Positions 46,844 through 59,004 of a stretch of DNA of 64,000 bases are shown one piece after another (position 1 is the first letter of the stretch; every line of letters starts with the position of its first letter). The position numbers and the translations under genes were made by a program. Location of the stretch: IMG/VR virus record IMGVR_UViG_3300046615_000208, positions 32,001 to 96,000 of that record. One strand, given 5' to 3'. This stretch comes from a virus. Lineage: Duplodnaviria; Caudoviricetes. Below the pieces are notes generated by a model. That model saw nothing but the letters and a program-made list of their open reading frames with translations, did not search any database and was not told where the DNA came from.

Positions 46844-48721
46844 TCCCATTTGGAAGGAAGAGGATGAAGAGAAACACTATTTCAATGTTGCTGGCAATAC
46901 TGCTGGTTATCCCTATCGCACCAGTACTGTATGCACTTCTGGGTGGCGGATTGGTGGGAAGCGTGGCGTGTCTCCTGCTGGGTGTAGTGACTGCCGCATG
47001 CATGATCAGAGCAGTCAACGGGACGGTAGAGGTCTATAACTGGATCAAGCACCGTAACGTACACATAGAAGAGCCTAAGCCTATGCCTGTACCCCAGCAC
47101 ACTGCCTATGAGATCGACTGGACAAAGATCACCAAGGATGATAGACTGTAGTCATGGAAACAGTAGACAAGAGGACCGAAGAGCAGGAAGGCTTTCTTCA
47201 CCTTCAGGAACCGACCAAGTTCGTTGTGGATGACCGCGTGAGCATGTTCGTACAGGATGGGGAGGTTACCTTCATCGACCACGAGACGGGTGATTCCGTC
47301 ACCATGTCCGAATGGAACTTCTCGGAGGTTGACCTCGCCTATCTTTATGTTAGGCTTGAGGAAAAGAATCCAACGCTCAAGGCCAACCGTCTTGAGCGCG
47401 AGGCGTACGAAGCAGAACAGGAGCAGAACAATGATTAGTGCATCGCGCAAGTATGAACTGGAAATGATCGCGGACAATGAGATTCGGTACCGAGGATTCA
47501 ACTCCGGTGAGGCGTACCTCAAGAAGACCTACGCCATCTACGACCTGACGGACGGAGAGGCGCAGGCTGTCAGCTTCCTCATCCGGAACGCAGTCATTGA
47601 TTTCCCGCCATTCCCCCAGCACTTGGTCTGACAACCGCCCACAAGAAAGGTATTACATTTAATGGCAGAACACCTATTGACAGAAAAAGAAGTAACGGGA
47701 TTCCAGACGGGTGACTACGTAGAGTCCTACTACAACGGCTCACGGTACACAGGTGTGTTGGGTGAGATCAACACCCAATGGATGTTCGCACAGTTGCGTA
47801 TGTCTCCGGGAGTTGATATGATCCTCCCGCTGAGTACGATGGCCGTCATCCCGGAAGAGGAATTTGATGAACTGGACGGATAGCGAGAAGAAGCATGCCG
47901 ATGAGGTAGCATGGGACATGGACCTCATGGAACGGGCACGTAAGCTTGTGGACATGGACGATACGGCTTACGACACGCAGACCGTGTTGGAGACAGTGCA
48001 CGAGACTTATCAGGGTGGCATTGTCCAGTTCCACTTGCAGAACCGGTTCTAATGCGTTACCTTGTAAAGAGCAGGATCGTAATAGTAGACCCGTTCGAGG
48101 ACACGCCGGTTATTGCATCAGCCCACCGGTTCAAGTTCTCAGCCCTAGCACAGTCTAGGATGATGAACAAGCTCAACAAAGAGTTCATTATCCAGTGGTA
48201 CGTACTTGACACAAAGACTATGAAGAAGTATGTTTAAGTAACAAGCCAACGCAAAGGAAAGGGACATCATGTTCGTAGCAGGAGACGTAGTAAAGAACAA
48301 GCTCAACAGCAAGCTCGCCACCGTCACTGACGTACTGAAGGGTGACATGATCCGGGTCCGGTTCGATGGGGACACTGGCACGGTCGAACTCCACGCGTCC
48401 CGGTTCCAAGCACATACGGGTCCGAACTTCGAACAGCCGTTCGAACACGTTGATCCCGAGACCTTCAAGAAGGGTGACTACATTCAGGTCACAGACGGCA
48501 ATGGGGTGACCGTCAAGGGTGCCGCTCTTACCGAACTGAACACGTCCGGGTATGCGACCTTCGACCTGCTGACCGATGACGGACGGTACCTTGACTTCAA
48601 CAACAACTACGTCAACGTCAACGTCTTGTTCCGTGCAGACATCGCACGCGGTCAGATGCCTGCGTACTGAGGTTACAAAAAGCGCATATGGTATCATGGT
48701 ATAAGCCTACTAAGGAGAACC

Positions 48722-49390
48722 ATGGTACGACACCGCGCAAACCTACGAGACCGAGTAAGGACATGGTGGGACAAGAAGCCTGTGTCCCCTGTAGTTCTTC
48801 CGATTGTAGGAGGGGTATTGTCAGTCCTGTTGTTGATAGGGCTGGCATTAACCATTCCTCCGATCATCCACGACATCATCACGCCCAAGGTACCGGAGAA
48901 GACTACCCAACAGACGACGCCCACACCGGAGCAGAGTCTTCCGCCTGTGTTGCAGGTGCCTACTACACAGCCAAGCCCTAAGGCCACACAGGAACCTGTA
49001 CCTGTTCAGGCACCACAACCGGTAGCACCGGGGCCTCAGAACATTCCAGAGCCTGTAGCTCCACAGCCAGTGCCCGTACAGCCGGTGCAACCCTTCCAGC
49101 CGCAACCTGTACCGCAGAAACCACAGCCGGTACCTGTACAACCACCGCAGGTACCACAGGTGCCACACCTACCACCGCTACCGCCTCTGTTGCCAGTACC
49201 ACAGCCACTGCCGTTGCCATTACCATTGCCAAGTCTTCCAGAGGTCCTAGAGCCTGTTGTACCACCTATCCTAGGTCCGGTATTGGAGAAGCCACTGGAC
49301 ACACTAGATAAGGCTGTGGGAGGCACGCTGGACACAGTTGATAAGACAGTGGACGGTGTCACCGGAATCGTCGGAGGATTACTTCCATAG
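48722..49390 (+). CDS. Membrane-anchored Pro/Gln-rich protein
   Basis: Single N-terminal TM, long PQPVP low-complexity stalk, C-terminal LD...GG repeats. Confidence 0.7.
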   Translation: MVRHRANLRDRVRTWWDKKPVSPVVLPIVGGVLSVLLLIGLALTIPPIIHDIITPKVPEKTTQQTTPTPEQSLPPVLQVPTTQPSPKATQEPVPVQAPQPVAPGPQNIPEPVAPQPVPVQPVQPFQPQPVPQKPQPVPVQPPQVPQVPHLPPLPPLLPVPQPLPLPLPLPSLPEVLEPVVPPILGPVLEKPLDTLDKAVGGTLDTVDKTVDGVTGIVGGLLP

Positions 49391-49452
49391 TTACAAGAAA
49401 CGCTTAGAGGCATCAGCTTGCGTAGCTGGTGCCTCTTTGCTATTCTAGAGGC

Positions 49453-49986
49453 ATGAGAACGAAATGCGTACTTTGTAACTGTCGGATCAAAGACCGCCAC
49501 GCGGAACGTAAGACCTGCTCTACCGAATGCCGAAGCTCGTACAAGTGGAAGATGCGGACCATGGCTAAACACCACGACCGAAGCACTTCCGGTCAGCGCC
49601 CCAGCTTCAAGCCCGAAGACTGGACAAGCATCCTGAACAGGCATGGCAGGCGTTGTGCGTACTGCGGTACCAAGAAGGGGAAGATGACAATGGACCATGT
49701 CCTACCGCTCTCACGTGGCGGACGACACTGTGTCTCCAACGTCGTCCCTGCTTGCGGCCAGTGCAACAAGACCAAGGCTGACATGACCCTCATGGAGTGG
49801 AAGCGGAAGAACCTGTACGATCTGCGTCCGTGGACCATGACCACCAACGGGATCAAGATGAAGCGAGCCAAGTCTGGTAAGCTGAACTCCACTCCGCTCT
49901 TCGAGCAGATGCTGAGGGAGATGGCTGACAGGGCGCTTCTGGAGAAGTACCCGCTGACAGTTGACTACACTGACATACTGGTGTAA
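49453..49986 (+). CDS. HNH endonuclease
   Basis: CAYCG...MTMDHVLPLSRGG...SNVVPACGQCNKTK; N-terminal CxxC...CSTEC; leaderless ATG 49453 after TTGCGT/17 bp/TATTCT. Confidence 0.85.
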   Translation: MRTKCVLCNCRIKDRHAERKTCSTECRSSYKWKMRTMAKHHDRSTSGQRPSFKPEDWTSILNRHGRRCAYCGTKKGKMTMDHVLPLSRGGRHCVSNVVPACGQCNKTKADMTLMEWKRKNLYDLRPWTMTTNGIKMKRAKSGKLNSTPLFEQMLREMADRALLEKYPLTVDYTDILV

Positions 49987-51036
49987 GCTGGAGGTAAGAC
50001 TAGAGAAAGGACAACTTATGTTCGGGCGCAACAAGGGTAGGGGTTCCTATCCTGACCCGCCACAGGAGGCACCACGCCAGCGTATGCGGGCCTCATTCGG
50101 TGGCAGTAGGGGAGAGGATGTAATCTCCCGTAGGCTGGACCGACAGGACCCGGTACCGACTCCAGAAGAAAAGTCTGCGGCACTGGAAGCAATCATCAAC
50201 GCTGTACGTACAGCACAGGAACTGGGAGCATCACCGCACGAGGTTGACTCCGCTGTTCGTGGGTTCAACGTAGCAGTTACAAGAAACGCACAGGAAGGAT
50301 ATAACAATGGCGGACTACTACCCGAAGAGCCGTACGGATCACATCGCCAAGGCGATGAAGCTGGACCCCATCAAGGAGGAAATGGCTTCTAAGATTTACG
50401 CCGAACGGTACTCCGACTGCTTCTGCCGAGAGGATCACGACATCAATCCGCCGTGCGGGTCTGTGGTGTGGGCACGAAAAAAGGTGGATGAAATCTTGGC
50501 AATCGCAGAGAAAGCTGGTATGCTGAAGTCATGAAACAGCGAGTAGTAATCCAAGACCTGCACAGTGCCACCATGCCAGTGATCACAGAAATGATCGTGT
50601 CTGACGTCCAAGCCATAACAGGAGACCTGATCCGGTTCGAGCATGATAATGGTAGCGTTACCATCATCAACATCGCTTCGGGCTGGAATGTCTCCATCTC
50701 CGAATATGATGAAGACTGATATGAAGATCATGCGGAGCAACTACGACAAGGCGCACCGTTGTCCCGGATGGGCAGGCCCAGCCCTCAAGGGCATCGAGCC
50801 GTCCATCTGCGCCAGTGGGTCCTTTGCCAAAGAGTTCCACATCCAGCAGTACTGGTATAACAAGGACCCGTACTGGCGCTTCCATAAGTGCCGCACGTGT
50901 GGTACGGTTGTACTCCCCAGCAACTTCCGTAAGTTCGATCCGGTGTGGTGGAAGTTCGCCGCTCAACGGAAGTGGGACAACTGGAAGTACGAACGAGAAC
51001 TTGACAAACGGAACAAGAACAACCTAGAATAGGAAC

Positions 51037-51423
51037 ATGATGAAGAAACTTATTATTGCAGGCGTTATCGCCATTGCCGCTTTCTCGCTGACCGGCTGTC
51101 AGAACCTCGTCCAGAACGAACCGGTTGTGTGTACGGTGGTGGACAAGGACCGATCAACCGAATCCTCGAAGAACGGTTCCAAGTCCGTCTTCCGTATCTA
51201 CACCGAGAACTGTGGTGAGGACAACGAGACGCTGGGTCTTGCCGACAACATCTTGCAGGGCAACTTGCGCTCGTCGGACATGTACGCCAAGATCAAGGTA
51301 GGCGAGACCTACCGGTTCGAGACCGTAGGTATCCGTAACGGAGCCTTCTCATCCTTCCGCGAGATCGTACGGTTCACCAAGGTGTCGGCACCAGTGCCGG
51401 GAATGACGGAGCCTGCCAAGTGA
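51037..51423 (+). CDS. Lipoprotein
   Basis: MKK-hydrophobic-LTGC lipobox. Confidence 0.75.
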   Translation: MMKKLIIAGVIAIAAFSLTGCQNLVQNEPVVCTVVDKDRSTESSKNGSKSVFRIYTENCGEDNETLGLADNILQGNLRSSDMYAKIKVGETYRFETVGIRNGAFSSFREIVRFTKVSAPVPGMTEPAK

Positions 51424-51644
51424 CCAAGCTCCAGAAGATCATCAGCCTTACGGCGGCGTTCGTCCTCATGGTAGGCTTGAGTGCCTGTGCCACTGACGGG
51501 ACAGTATACAACGCGGACAAGACGTACGAGTTTACAATGACCATGAATGATGGTACGGTTGTACCATGCATCAAGCACGAGGACTTCTACGGGTTCGCTT
51601 GCAACTTCGACAAGGCAGTCCGGTCCAACACACCGAAGCCATGA
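51420..51644 (+). CDS. Small lipoprotein
   Basis: Signal peptide with LSAC lipobox. Confidence 0.65.
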   Translation: MTKLQKIISLTAAFVLMVGLSACATDGTVYNADKTYEFTMTMNDGTVVPCIKHEDFYGFACNFDKAVRSNTPKP

Positions 51645-54342
51645 CCGAAGACGGGACTTTCGAAAAGGGAGACCGTGTCAAGATCAACGCTCCGAAGGAG
51701 ACCTGCCACGGACGGACTGGCGTAGTTGACAACTACACCGAGTCTGGTAAGCTCATCTACGTAACCACTCAGACCGGCAGGGTCTGGGTGTATCCGTGGG
51801 AGATAGCCCTACACAAGGAGAGGTAGCAATGTACAAAGAAGGCGACAAGGTCCGCATCATTGCCAAGGATGATTCCGAGTACGGCAGGGTATGTCCTGTT
51901 CACGGTATGTCCGGAGACCACACCGTGTGGGTCAACGTAGGGTTCGGTATGGCTTGGCGCTACCGACCCGATGAAGTAGAAGCAGTAACCGACAACCAAG
52001 AAGGAGAATAGACAATGGCACGATTCAATGGTAAGCAGTACAAGGGTGCGCAGAAGGCACTCAAGGAAATCCGCCGAGAAGAGGCAGAGAAGCGTGACGC
52101 GCAGACCCTGCCCGAGAACCGCCGTCAGGCGCGTCTTACAAAAGACGCATAGCTCGACCTCATGCGGCTACCGTGTTGACAGCAGCACGGTGGCCGTATA
52201 AGCTTTAGCTACAAGATCAAATCAAACCGAAAGGGAAGATCATGAAGTTTGCAGTCGGAGACAAGGTAACCATCAAATCCGCGAGCAAGACGTGGAGCGG
52301 GGTACGTGCCGTGGTTAAGGAGCATGATTCCGAAGAGAAGATGTACCCGTACACGCTGACCCTGATCGATGATACCAGTACCGGATCGTACAAGAGCGGC
52401 GATACCGCCGAGGCATTCCGAGAGGATGAACTGGTGGCGATGGCTGACGTGGTTGCGGCAGACATCGAGAAGGCCAAGCAACTGCTCCAGAAGCACGGTA
52501 TCCCCTTCCGCATCTACTCTCGCGAGGACGTGGACAAGATGCTGAACGTGTACGAACAGGACCCGAACGATCCACTGGATACCCGTACGTTCCGCAGTGA
52601 GATCGCCGCCTTCATCATGGAGGGGCAGGACTGGAAGAATCTCTCTGACAAGGGGCAGGACGACGAGGCCGCTATCTGGGACATGGTAGAGGGTGCACGT
52701 AACGATCACCCGGAATGGTTCGTGAACTGATGGCACGGATGAGTTTCACGGTTGAGGCCGTGGGTGAGAAAGTACGACTAAAGCAGGAGGACGGTACCTA
52801 CACGGACTTCTCCCCTGCTCCTGCCAACCAGATGGCAGGAGGTTTAATTAAGGCGGCGATGGAAGCAAACGGGCAGATACCCCCGAAGGCACTTACGATC
52901 ACGTTTCACTTCGAATAGTTACAAGAAACGCATTTGACACCCCCGACCGAGGAAGGTAGGCTGTAGGTATGAAGACAGACGGAACACCAGAGACCGAGTT
53001 CGAAGAGGCCATGCCGCTGCTCGCCGCTATCGTAGGGCAGAACGCACGTGACCTCCAGTGGACTAACGACCAACTGCTGGCAAGCAAGGAGCGACAGCTT
53101 CGCCAGATGCAACAGGACTACGTGAAGCTGTACGCGTCCATGCAGAAGGTGGCAGAACGTACCGACTCCGCCACTGCCTACAGCGCACTGGACAGGTTCT
53201 GGCACGTGAACGAAGATGCCAAGAAAGAACTTGCCAAACCGGATGATGTGTACTAGACTGGTATTACACCAAGCGAAAGGAAAAGAACATGTGGCAAGAT
53301 AAGCTTAAGTTCAGCGTCGGAGACACCGTCAAGATCGTCCGGGACAACAAGGTCTGGAACGGATCGGTGGCAAAGATCGCGGCAATCACCAACGACGCAC
53401 GGTACCCCTACCTGCTTCACTTCATTTCCTCATCGCGGCCCAACACCGTGGGCGAGAAGTTTGAGTGGGACGAGGAATCGCTCGACCGCCATGACATGAA
53501 CCAGCGTGTCAAGCTGGAGCGGATCATTGCGGAGAAGTTCTCCCATCCGGTAGATGTGTTCTACTCACCGACTACCGGCTGTGCGGTAGTCATGGCACCG
53601 AACGGATACCTGTTCCGTATCCTTGCCGATGGGACCATCGACAAGTGATGTGTAATGAATGCAAGTTAGACAACGGCTGGCACCACGTAGAGTGTAGTCA
53701 AAAGGTATCCATACTCTGGACCACTACACTCACCAAATAAATAGAACCGACCCGAAGGGCCATCCACTTGACAGTGAGTGGCCCTTTGTGTATGCTAGAG
53801 ATATGAAGAAAGCATGGCAGTACCGTAAAGGTGTAGTCCTCATTAAGGGAGACACCGACCCGCTGTTGTCCGCTACGCTGACCAAGGTGGGCTGGAACAA
53901 GTGGCGGCATCACTACTACAGGCAGACCGACCCCAACCTAGACGGCTGGGAGATACGGACTGACAAGCATGTTCAGACACTAATTGACAACAGAGCAGTG
54001 GAGAGGGTAGTGTAGAGATATGAAGAAGCCAAGCAGATACCGTGTCGGATCAGTGTTCATCTACAACGCAGGTCACCCGATGTTCGAAGCCACTTTGTCC
54101 AAGGTAGGACCGGACCACTGGATGAAGGTCAACCACAAGAGCAAGGTCCGCCAGTACTACAGTAACAAAACGGTAGAGGACCTGTTCGCTACCAAGCTGT
54201 TGACTCTGATTCATGACTCTGGTAAGGTGGAGCGGTAGGTTGACAAGGGTGCGGTAAGTGTGTATATTATCTACTTCCAAGGTTTACGGTATAATAGAGG
54301 TAGAAGCACAATCCTCTAGATACTAAAGCACTAGGAACTAAG

Positions 54343-54942
54343 ATGTCAGAAAATCCCTTCCTGTCACCCCCACCGCCCCCTCCGTTCAACCCCGAGGACA
54401 CTACCGTTGTGTCCCGAAGTGCCGGAAAGAACTCTGCCGCAGAGCAGGGCCAGAACATCCCAATGGGATGGAAACCGACAGCCGCAGAACCCGTTGCCGT
54501 AATTCGTTGCACCGGTACCGCCAGCACTACGGGTGAGCAGTGCAAGCGTTGGAGCCTACGTGGCACCAACGTCTGCACTAAGCACGGTGGACAGCTACCG
54601 TCAGTCCGTGAGCACGCCGAGGCGGTGGTGGAATCAGCCCGCATGAGGTTGATGGGAATGGCTGACGATGCCGTAGACGGACTGGAAGACCTCATTGCTA
54701 TCGGCACTGCGCCACAGATTCGGCTTGCCGCTATCAAGGAAGTTCTGGACCGCTCAGGCGTGAAGGGTGGACCCGACCTATCCGTTGAGGTCACGCACTC
54801 CGTATCATACAAAGACGAAATCTTCAACCGCCTCAAGGAAATCAAAGAGCGCAAGGAAGCCATGGAGAAAGAGAAGGCTGCAATCCTTGGAGAAGATATT
54901 GTTGATGCCGAGGTAGTTGACGAAGCCGAAGAAACCGAGTAA
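54343..54942 (+). CDS. Probable terminase small subunit (HGG-type Zn finger)
   Basis: RCTG..STTGEQCKR...GTNVCTKHGG, then helical RLAAIKEVLDRSG, C-terminal DIVDAEVV. Confidence 0.6.
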   Translation: MSENPFLSPPPPPPFNPEDTTVVSRSAGKNSAAEQGQNIPMGWKPTAAEPVAVIRCTGTASTTGEQCKRWSLRGTNVCTKHGGQLPSVREHAEAVVESARMRLMGMADDAVDGLEDLIAIGTAPQIRLAAIKEVLDRSGVKGGPDLSVEVTHSVSYKDEIFNRLKEIKERKEAMEKEKAAILGEDIVDAEVVDEAEETE

Positions 54943-55330
54943 GCTGTAGCCATGGAAGATAATGTAGAGGATGGGACCGAGGGCGGCTACACCGCTTCTG
55001 CGGAAATCCCACCAGAAGAGCTAGAGAAGATGCGGCGAATGCGCCCGCAGTTTTTCACCGACAACATTGACGAGCAATACGACGAGGCCATGGAACTCTT
55101 CGGAGGCAAACCGATCCCCAAGATCGGAGAGCCTGCCGAGTACATCATCACCGACCGAAACATGGTGCCGTCCCTCTCCGAGGCCTACCGTAAGGCCCTC
55201 ATCGAGAAGTACGGGCACATCCCCGAACTGAACGAAATGGTTGCGGTGGACGAGGAACCCGACGACTAGTTACAAGAAACGCACAGCGGCTCCACTTGAC
55301 GGTGGGGCCGTTTGCATGTAAGCTGTAACC

Positions 55331-55957
55331 ATGAACACATTCAAAGAAGGCGACCGTGTCTCCCACCCGAACTACGGAGAGGGTACCGTTACCAGTCCTT
55401 ACCCCGGAACCGGATGGCCTACCGTTCGGTTCGACACCGATGGATTGATCTCGACCGATGCTTCCCTGCTGACACCGGTACGGGCAACTCCTGCCCCACT
55501 TTTCAAGACAGGCGACCGCGTCATTCATCCGCTCCATGGTCCCGCTGGTGTTCTCGGATACGATGCGGCCCGTAAGCTGGTGGAGATCGTGCCGAACACG
55601 TACGGTGGGAACTCCACTCACGTCCATCCGTCCAGCTTGACACTGGCCGAACCGCCCACTAAGTTCAAGGTAGGAGACCGAGTCTCCCACCGCATCCACC
55701 GTGACGGTACCGTGGAAGACATACAGGCCAACGGGTTGCATGTCGTGAACATCGGCGGTAACCGTGTCTACATGGCACTGGAACACCAGATCAGCCATGC
55801 GGTACCGGAACCGACCTACCACATCTGCATCGAAGAGATTACCGGTGCCGCTCATGTTCCCGGTAGCCTTACCGCAAAAGAAGTTGCCAACTACATCGAG
55901 CATGCGCTAGACTGGCGGGTAGCTAAGGAAATCACGATCACCAAGGAAGGAAACTAA
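55331..55957 (+). CDS. Triple Tudor-like (CarD-RID/PcrA-CTD-like) repeat protein
   Basis: FKEGDRVSHPNYGEGTV, FKTGDRVIHPLHGPAGV, FKVGDRVSHRIHRDGTV. Confidence 0.6.
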   Translation: MNTFKEGDRVSHPNYGEGTVTSPYPGTGWPTVRFDTDGLISTDASLLTPVRATPAPLFKTGDRVIHPLHGPAGVLGYDAARKLVEIVPNTYGGNSTHVHPSSLTLAEPPTKFKVGDRVSHRIHRDGTVEDIQANGLHVVNIGGNRVYMALEHQISHAVPEPTYHICIEEITGAAHVPGSLTAKEVANYIEHALDWRVAKEITITKEGN

Positions 55958-57595
55958 TGACCGTCTTCCACAACCCTCCGAAGCCCGGAGACGAGGTCAC
56001 CCTGCTGGCCTACGTCAACACCGCCATCAACGACTTCGAACTCTCTCCCGGTGATACCGCTACCGTGTCCCGTATCGACGGGGACGAAATCTACCTTGAC
56101 GTGGTCTACACCTCAGCACACGCCAACTCACCCTATGCCGGTGAACATGAGGACTGGTTCACGGTCCCGTTTGACGAGGCCGACGAATACTTCGCAGGCA
56201 TCATCCGGATCGAAGAGTAGAGTTACAAAAAACGCATAGAAAGGAACAGCATGGAAAATGAATTTGGAGAGAACCCGTCCTTCTACATCTGGCCCGAGGG
56301 CCACGAGGAAGGCACCGCCTATCCGGAGGACTTCGATGAGCGGCTAGCCCGAGCGCTCGCGACTGAAGGTCTGGACTACGAACGGGTCTAGTTACAAAAA
56401 ACGCATAGCGGTCACGGTTTACATCGTGGCCGCTTTTGTGTATATTAGAGGCATGGAGACATTCAAAGTAGGAGACAGAGTTATCTTCCGTCCGTCACAG
56501 GGCGAGGCGCTAGACGCTACCGTGACAGATGTATTCGGTACCGCCGAAGCGTTCGGCGGATCATACGGAATCAATCTGGACGAACCGTGGGCGGTCATTG
56601 GTGGCGAGACCGAGACAGCCGCTCACGGTATGGAACTTACAAAAAACGCATAGTTGACTTAACCGACCCGAGAGGCTAGACTCAAACCATGGACATCAAG
56701 ACAACCGCAGTATGGATCAATCCCGACGACGAGTTCACCGATGAGATGGGCCACCGCCACAAGGCGCTACGGATCGACCGTGTCGAACGGACGGACGGGT
56801 ACTACGTCTACGTGGAAGGTCAGGGCTACCCTGAATTCTACCTGCGCACGCATGCGGTCACCATCCACGTCCCCGATACCAAGTTCCAACCGGGTGACTG
56901 GGTCACCGCCCGATCCGGTAAGGGTGACGTGTACCAGATCAGCCGTGCCTTCAAGGATCGTTGGGGGAAGACCTACTACGTGTTCGACAACGGATCGGTG
57001 GATATCCGCAAGCGGAACCGCTCCGGTTGGCACGAGGCAGAACGGGCCAACAAAGGTTACAAAAAACTCTTAGACTCGTAAGTTGCATTCCACCGACCGA
57101 GAGGGTAAGCTAGAACCATGACACATTACCTAGACCCTACGGGTGCCGTGTACTGCGGTGCGGTACTGGGACCGGATGACACCCCGGACACCATTGATTC
57201 TCCGCTTCCCGCTCACGAGGTCTGCCGCGAGTGCGACCGTCTAGCCTCCGCTTAGTTACAAAAACCGCTTAGGAAGGAGCAACATGAGTAAGAAACGGGC
57301 ACCGTTCAGTCTGGACCTGAACCTGAAGCTAGCAACCGTCAACCGGGATACGGATACGTCTATGTCCATTGACTTCTGGGACCGCAACGATGAGCAGGTG
57401 GCTGTGATCAATTCCAGCCCCGCCCAGCTTCAGGCGTTCGCTCTTCGCATCCTCCAGCAGGTCCAGTACAACCTAGAGGACCGGGAGAAGTAGTTACAAA
57501 AAACTCTTAGACCGATAGGGTTGACAAATTTAATACGGGTGCCGTAGTGTTGTCCTCATCAACCGAAAGGATAGCACTACCGAAAGGACCCCGAA

Positions 57596-57976
57596 ATGTC
57601 AACTCCACTCCCTCCCCAGTACGCACCGTTCCAGTCCCAGCCTCAGCCTCCCGCACCGAAGAAGCGGTTCAACTGGAAGCTGGCGCTGGCCATCTTCGCC
57701 GCCGTCCTCATTGGCGGGGTCATCGGGTCCGTGTCCAATCCCGCACCGCCCCCGGTGGTGCAGGTACAGGAGAAGGAAGTGGAGGTGGAGAAGGAAGTCA
57801 CCCCGGCCTCCTGTCTTGAGGCTCTGGACCTCAACGAGGAAGCTTTCAGCTACCTGTCCGACTCATTGAGTTCCACCGCAGATCAGAATTACACCGCCGC
57901 ACGCCGATCAACCGACAAGGTGGTGGCACTGGTACCCAAGGTCAACGCCGCAAAGGCCGCTTGCCGAGCCAAGTAG
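57596..57976 (+). CDS. Single-TM membrane protein with paired Cys
   Basis: Pro-rich N-terminus, KKR + TM segment, TPASC...AAC. Confidence 0.65.
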   Translation: MSTPLPPQYAPFQSQPQPPAPKKRFNWKLALAIFAAVLIGGVIGSVSNPAPPPVVQVQEKEVEVEKEVTPASCLEALDLNEEAFSYLSDSLSSTADQNYTAARRSTDKVVALVPKVNAAKAACRAK

Positions 57977-58686
57977 TTACAAGAAACGCTTAGCTCTCCT
58001 GACTTGCACCGACCGCACCGATGCGGTAAGCTGTAATCACAAGCCAAACGGAAAGGTTCACATCATGTCAAACACCACACCGCAGGAACTGAACGAAGCC
58101 TACGAGGCAATCACCGCATCCGACAACCGTGCCAACGTTGGCCGTTCAGACGCGATCTACCACGTCGGGAAGCTCATGACCGGAGATTGGGCACCGGAGT
58201 TCGTGTCCGACCTTCAGGCCGGGATCGCGGACACCGCCGACTACGACTACGATGCACGGTACCACTACGGCTACCTGACCGCGTGGAACACCGTCGCCGG
58301 TCTGCTCAAGGGCGAACCGCTCAAGACCATTGCCAAGAACCACGGCTAGGGGAAACCGATGCTTATTTCCAAGGAACTCGAAGGGGCCACCGTAGAGCGT
58401 ATCTACTGGGCCGTACCGCCCAACACATGGATTCCTACCATCGGTGAGAAGTTCGACAGCTTCCGGGAGGCAGGAGACCACGCGCTCAAGATGGTCGATG
58501 GAGGCCGTGACGCCCTTATCATCAATCGTGTGGTCTTTCGGAAGCCGAACGGTACCACCGTTGACATGGAAGTCGGACGGGAACGACGGTTCGCGTAGTT
58601 ACAAAAACCGCTTAGCTCACAGGACTTGCAGCCGAACCGCTGATGCGGTAAGCTGGTAACACAAGCCAACCAGAAGGAGAAACAAA

Positions 58687-59004
58687 ATGGCAAATCTCAA
58701 GTTCACCCCCCAGTCCCACGAAGAAGCTGCTAAGGTCCTGTCGTTCCGGGACTCGCTGATCATCGGCCACAACACCGAACTCCGCCGTCTAGGGGATGGT
58801 TCCATCGTTGCCACGTACCACGGCAACAGCATCGTACGGTACACCACTGAAGGTGTGTTCGCCACGTACGCAGGATGGGCCACCTCCACCACCACGAACC
58901 GCCTGAACCAGCTTGCACCGGCACGGTTCAACATCAAGAACCGGGAGCCGCAGATCAACGGTAAGACGCTGGAAGACTGGTCCGAATGGGTCAAGGTCAG
59001 CTAG
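58687..59004 (+). CDS. Hypothetical protein (cassette cargo)
   Basis: AAGGAG RBS; TAG stop fused to motif copy 59004. Confidence 0.75.
   Translation: MANLKFTPQSHEEAAKVLSFRDSLIIGHNTELRRLGDGSIVATYHGNSIVRYTTEGVFATYAGWATSTTTNRLNQLAPARFNIKNREPQINGKTLEDWSEWVKVS

Noticed and set aside
48990-49230. Tandem DNA repeat in the Pro-rich gene
   Set aside because: Periodicity follows Pro/Gln/Val codons with synonymous variation; protein-level low complexity
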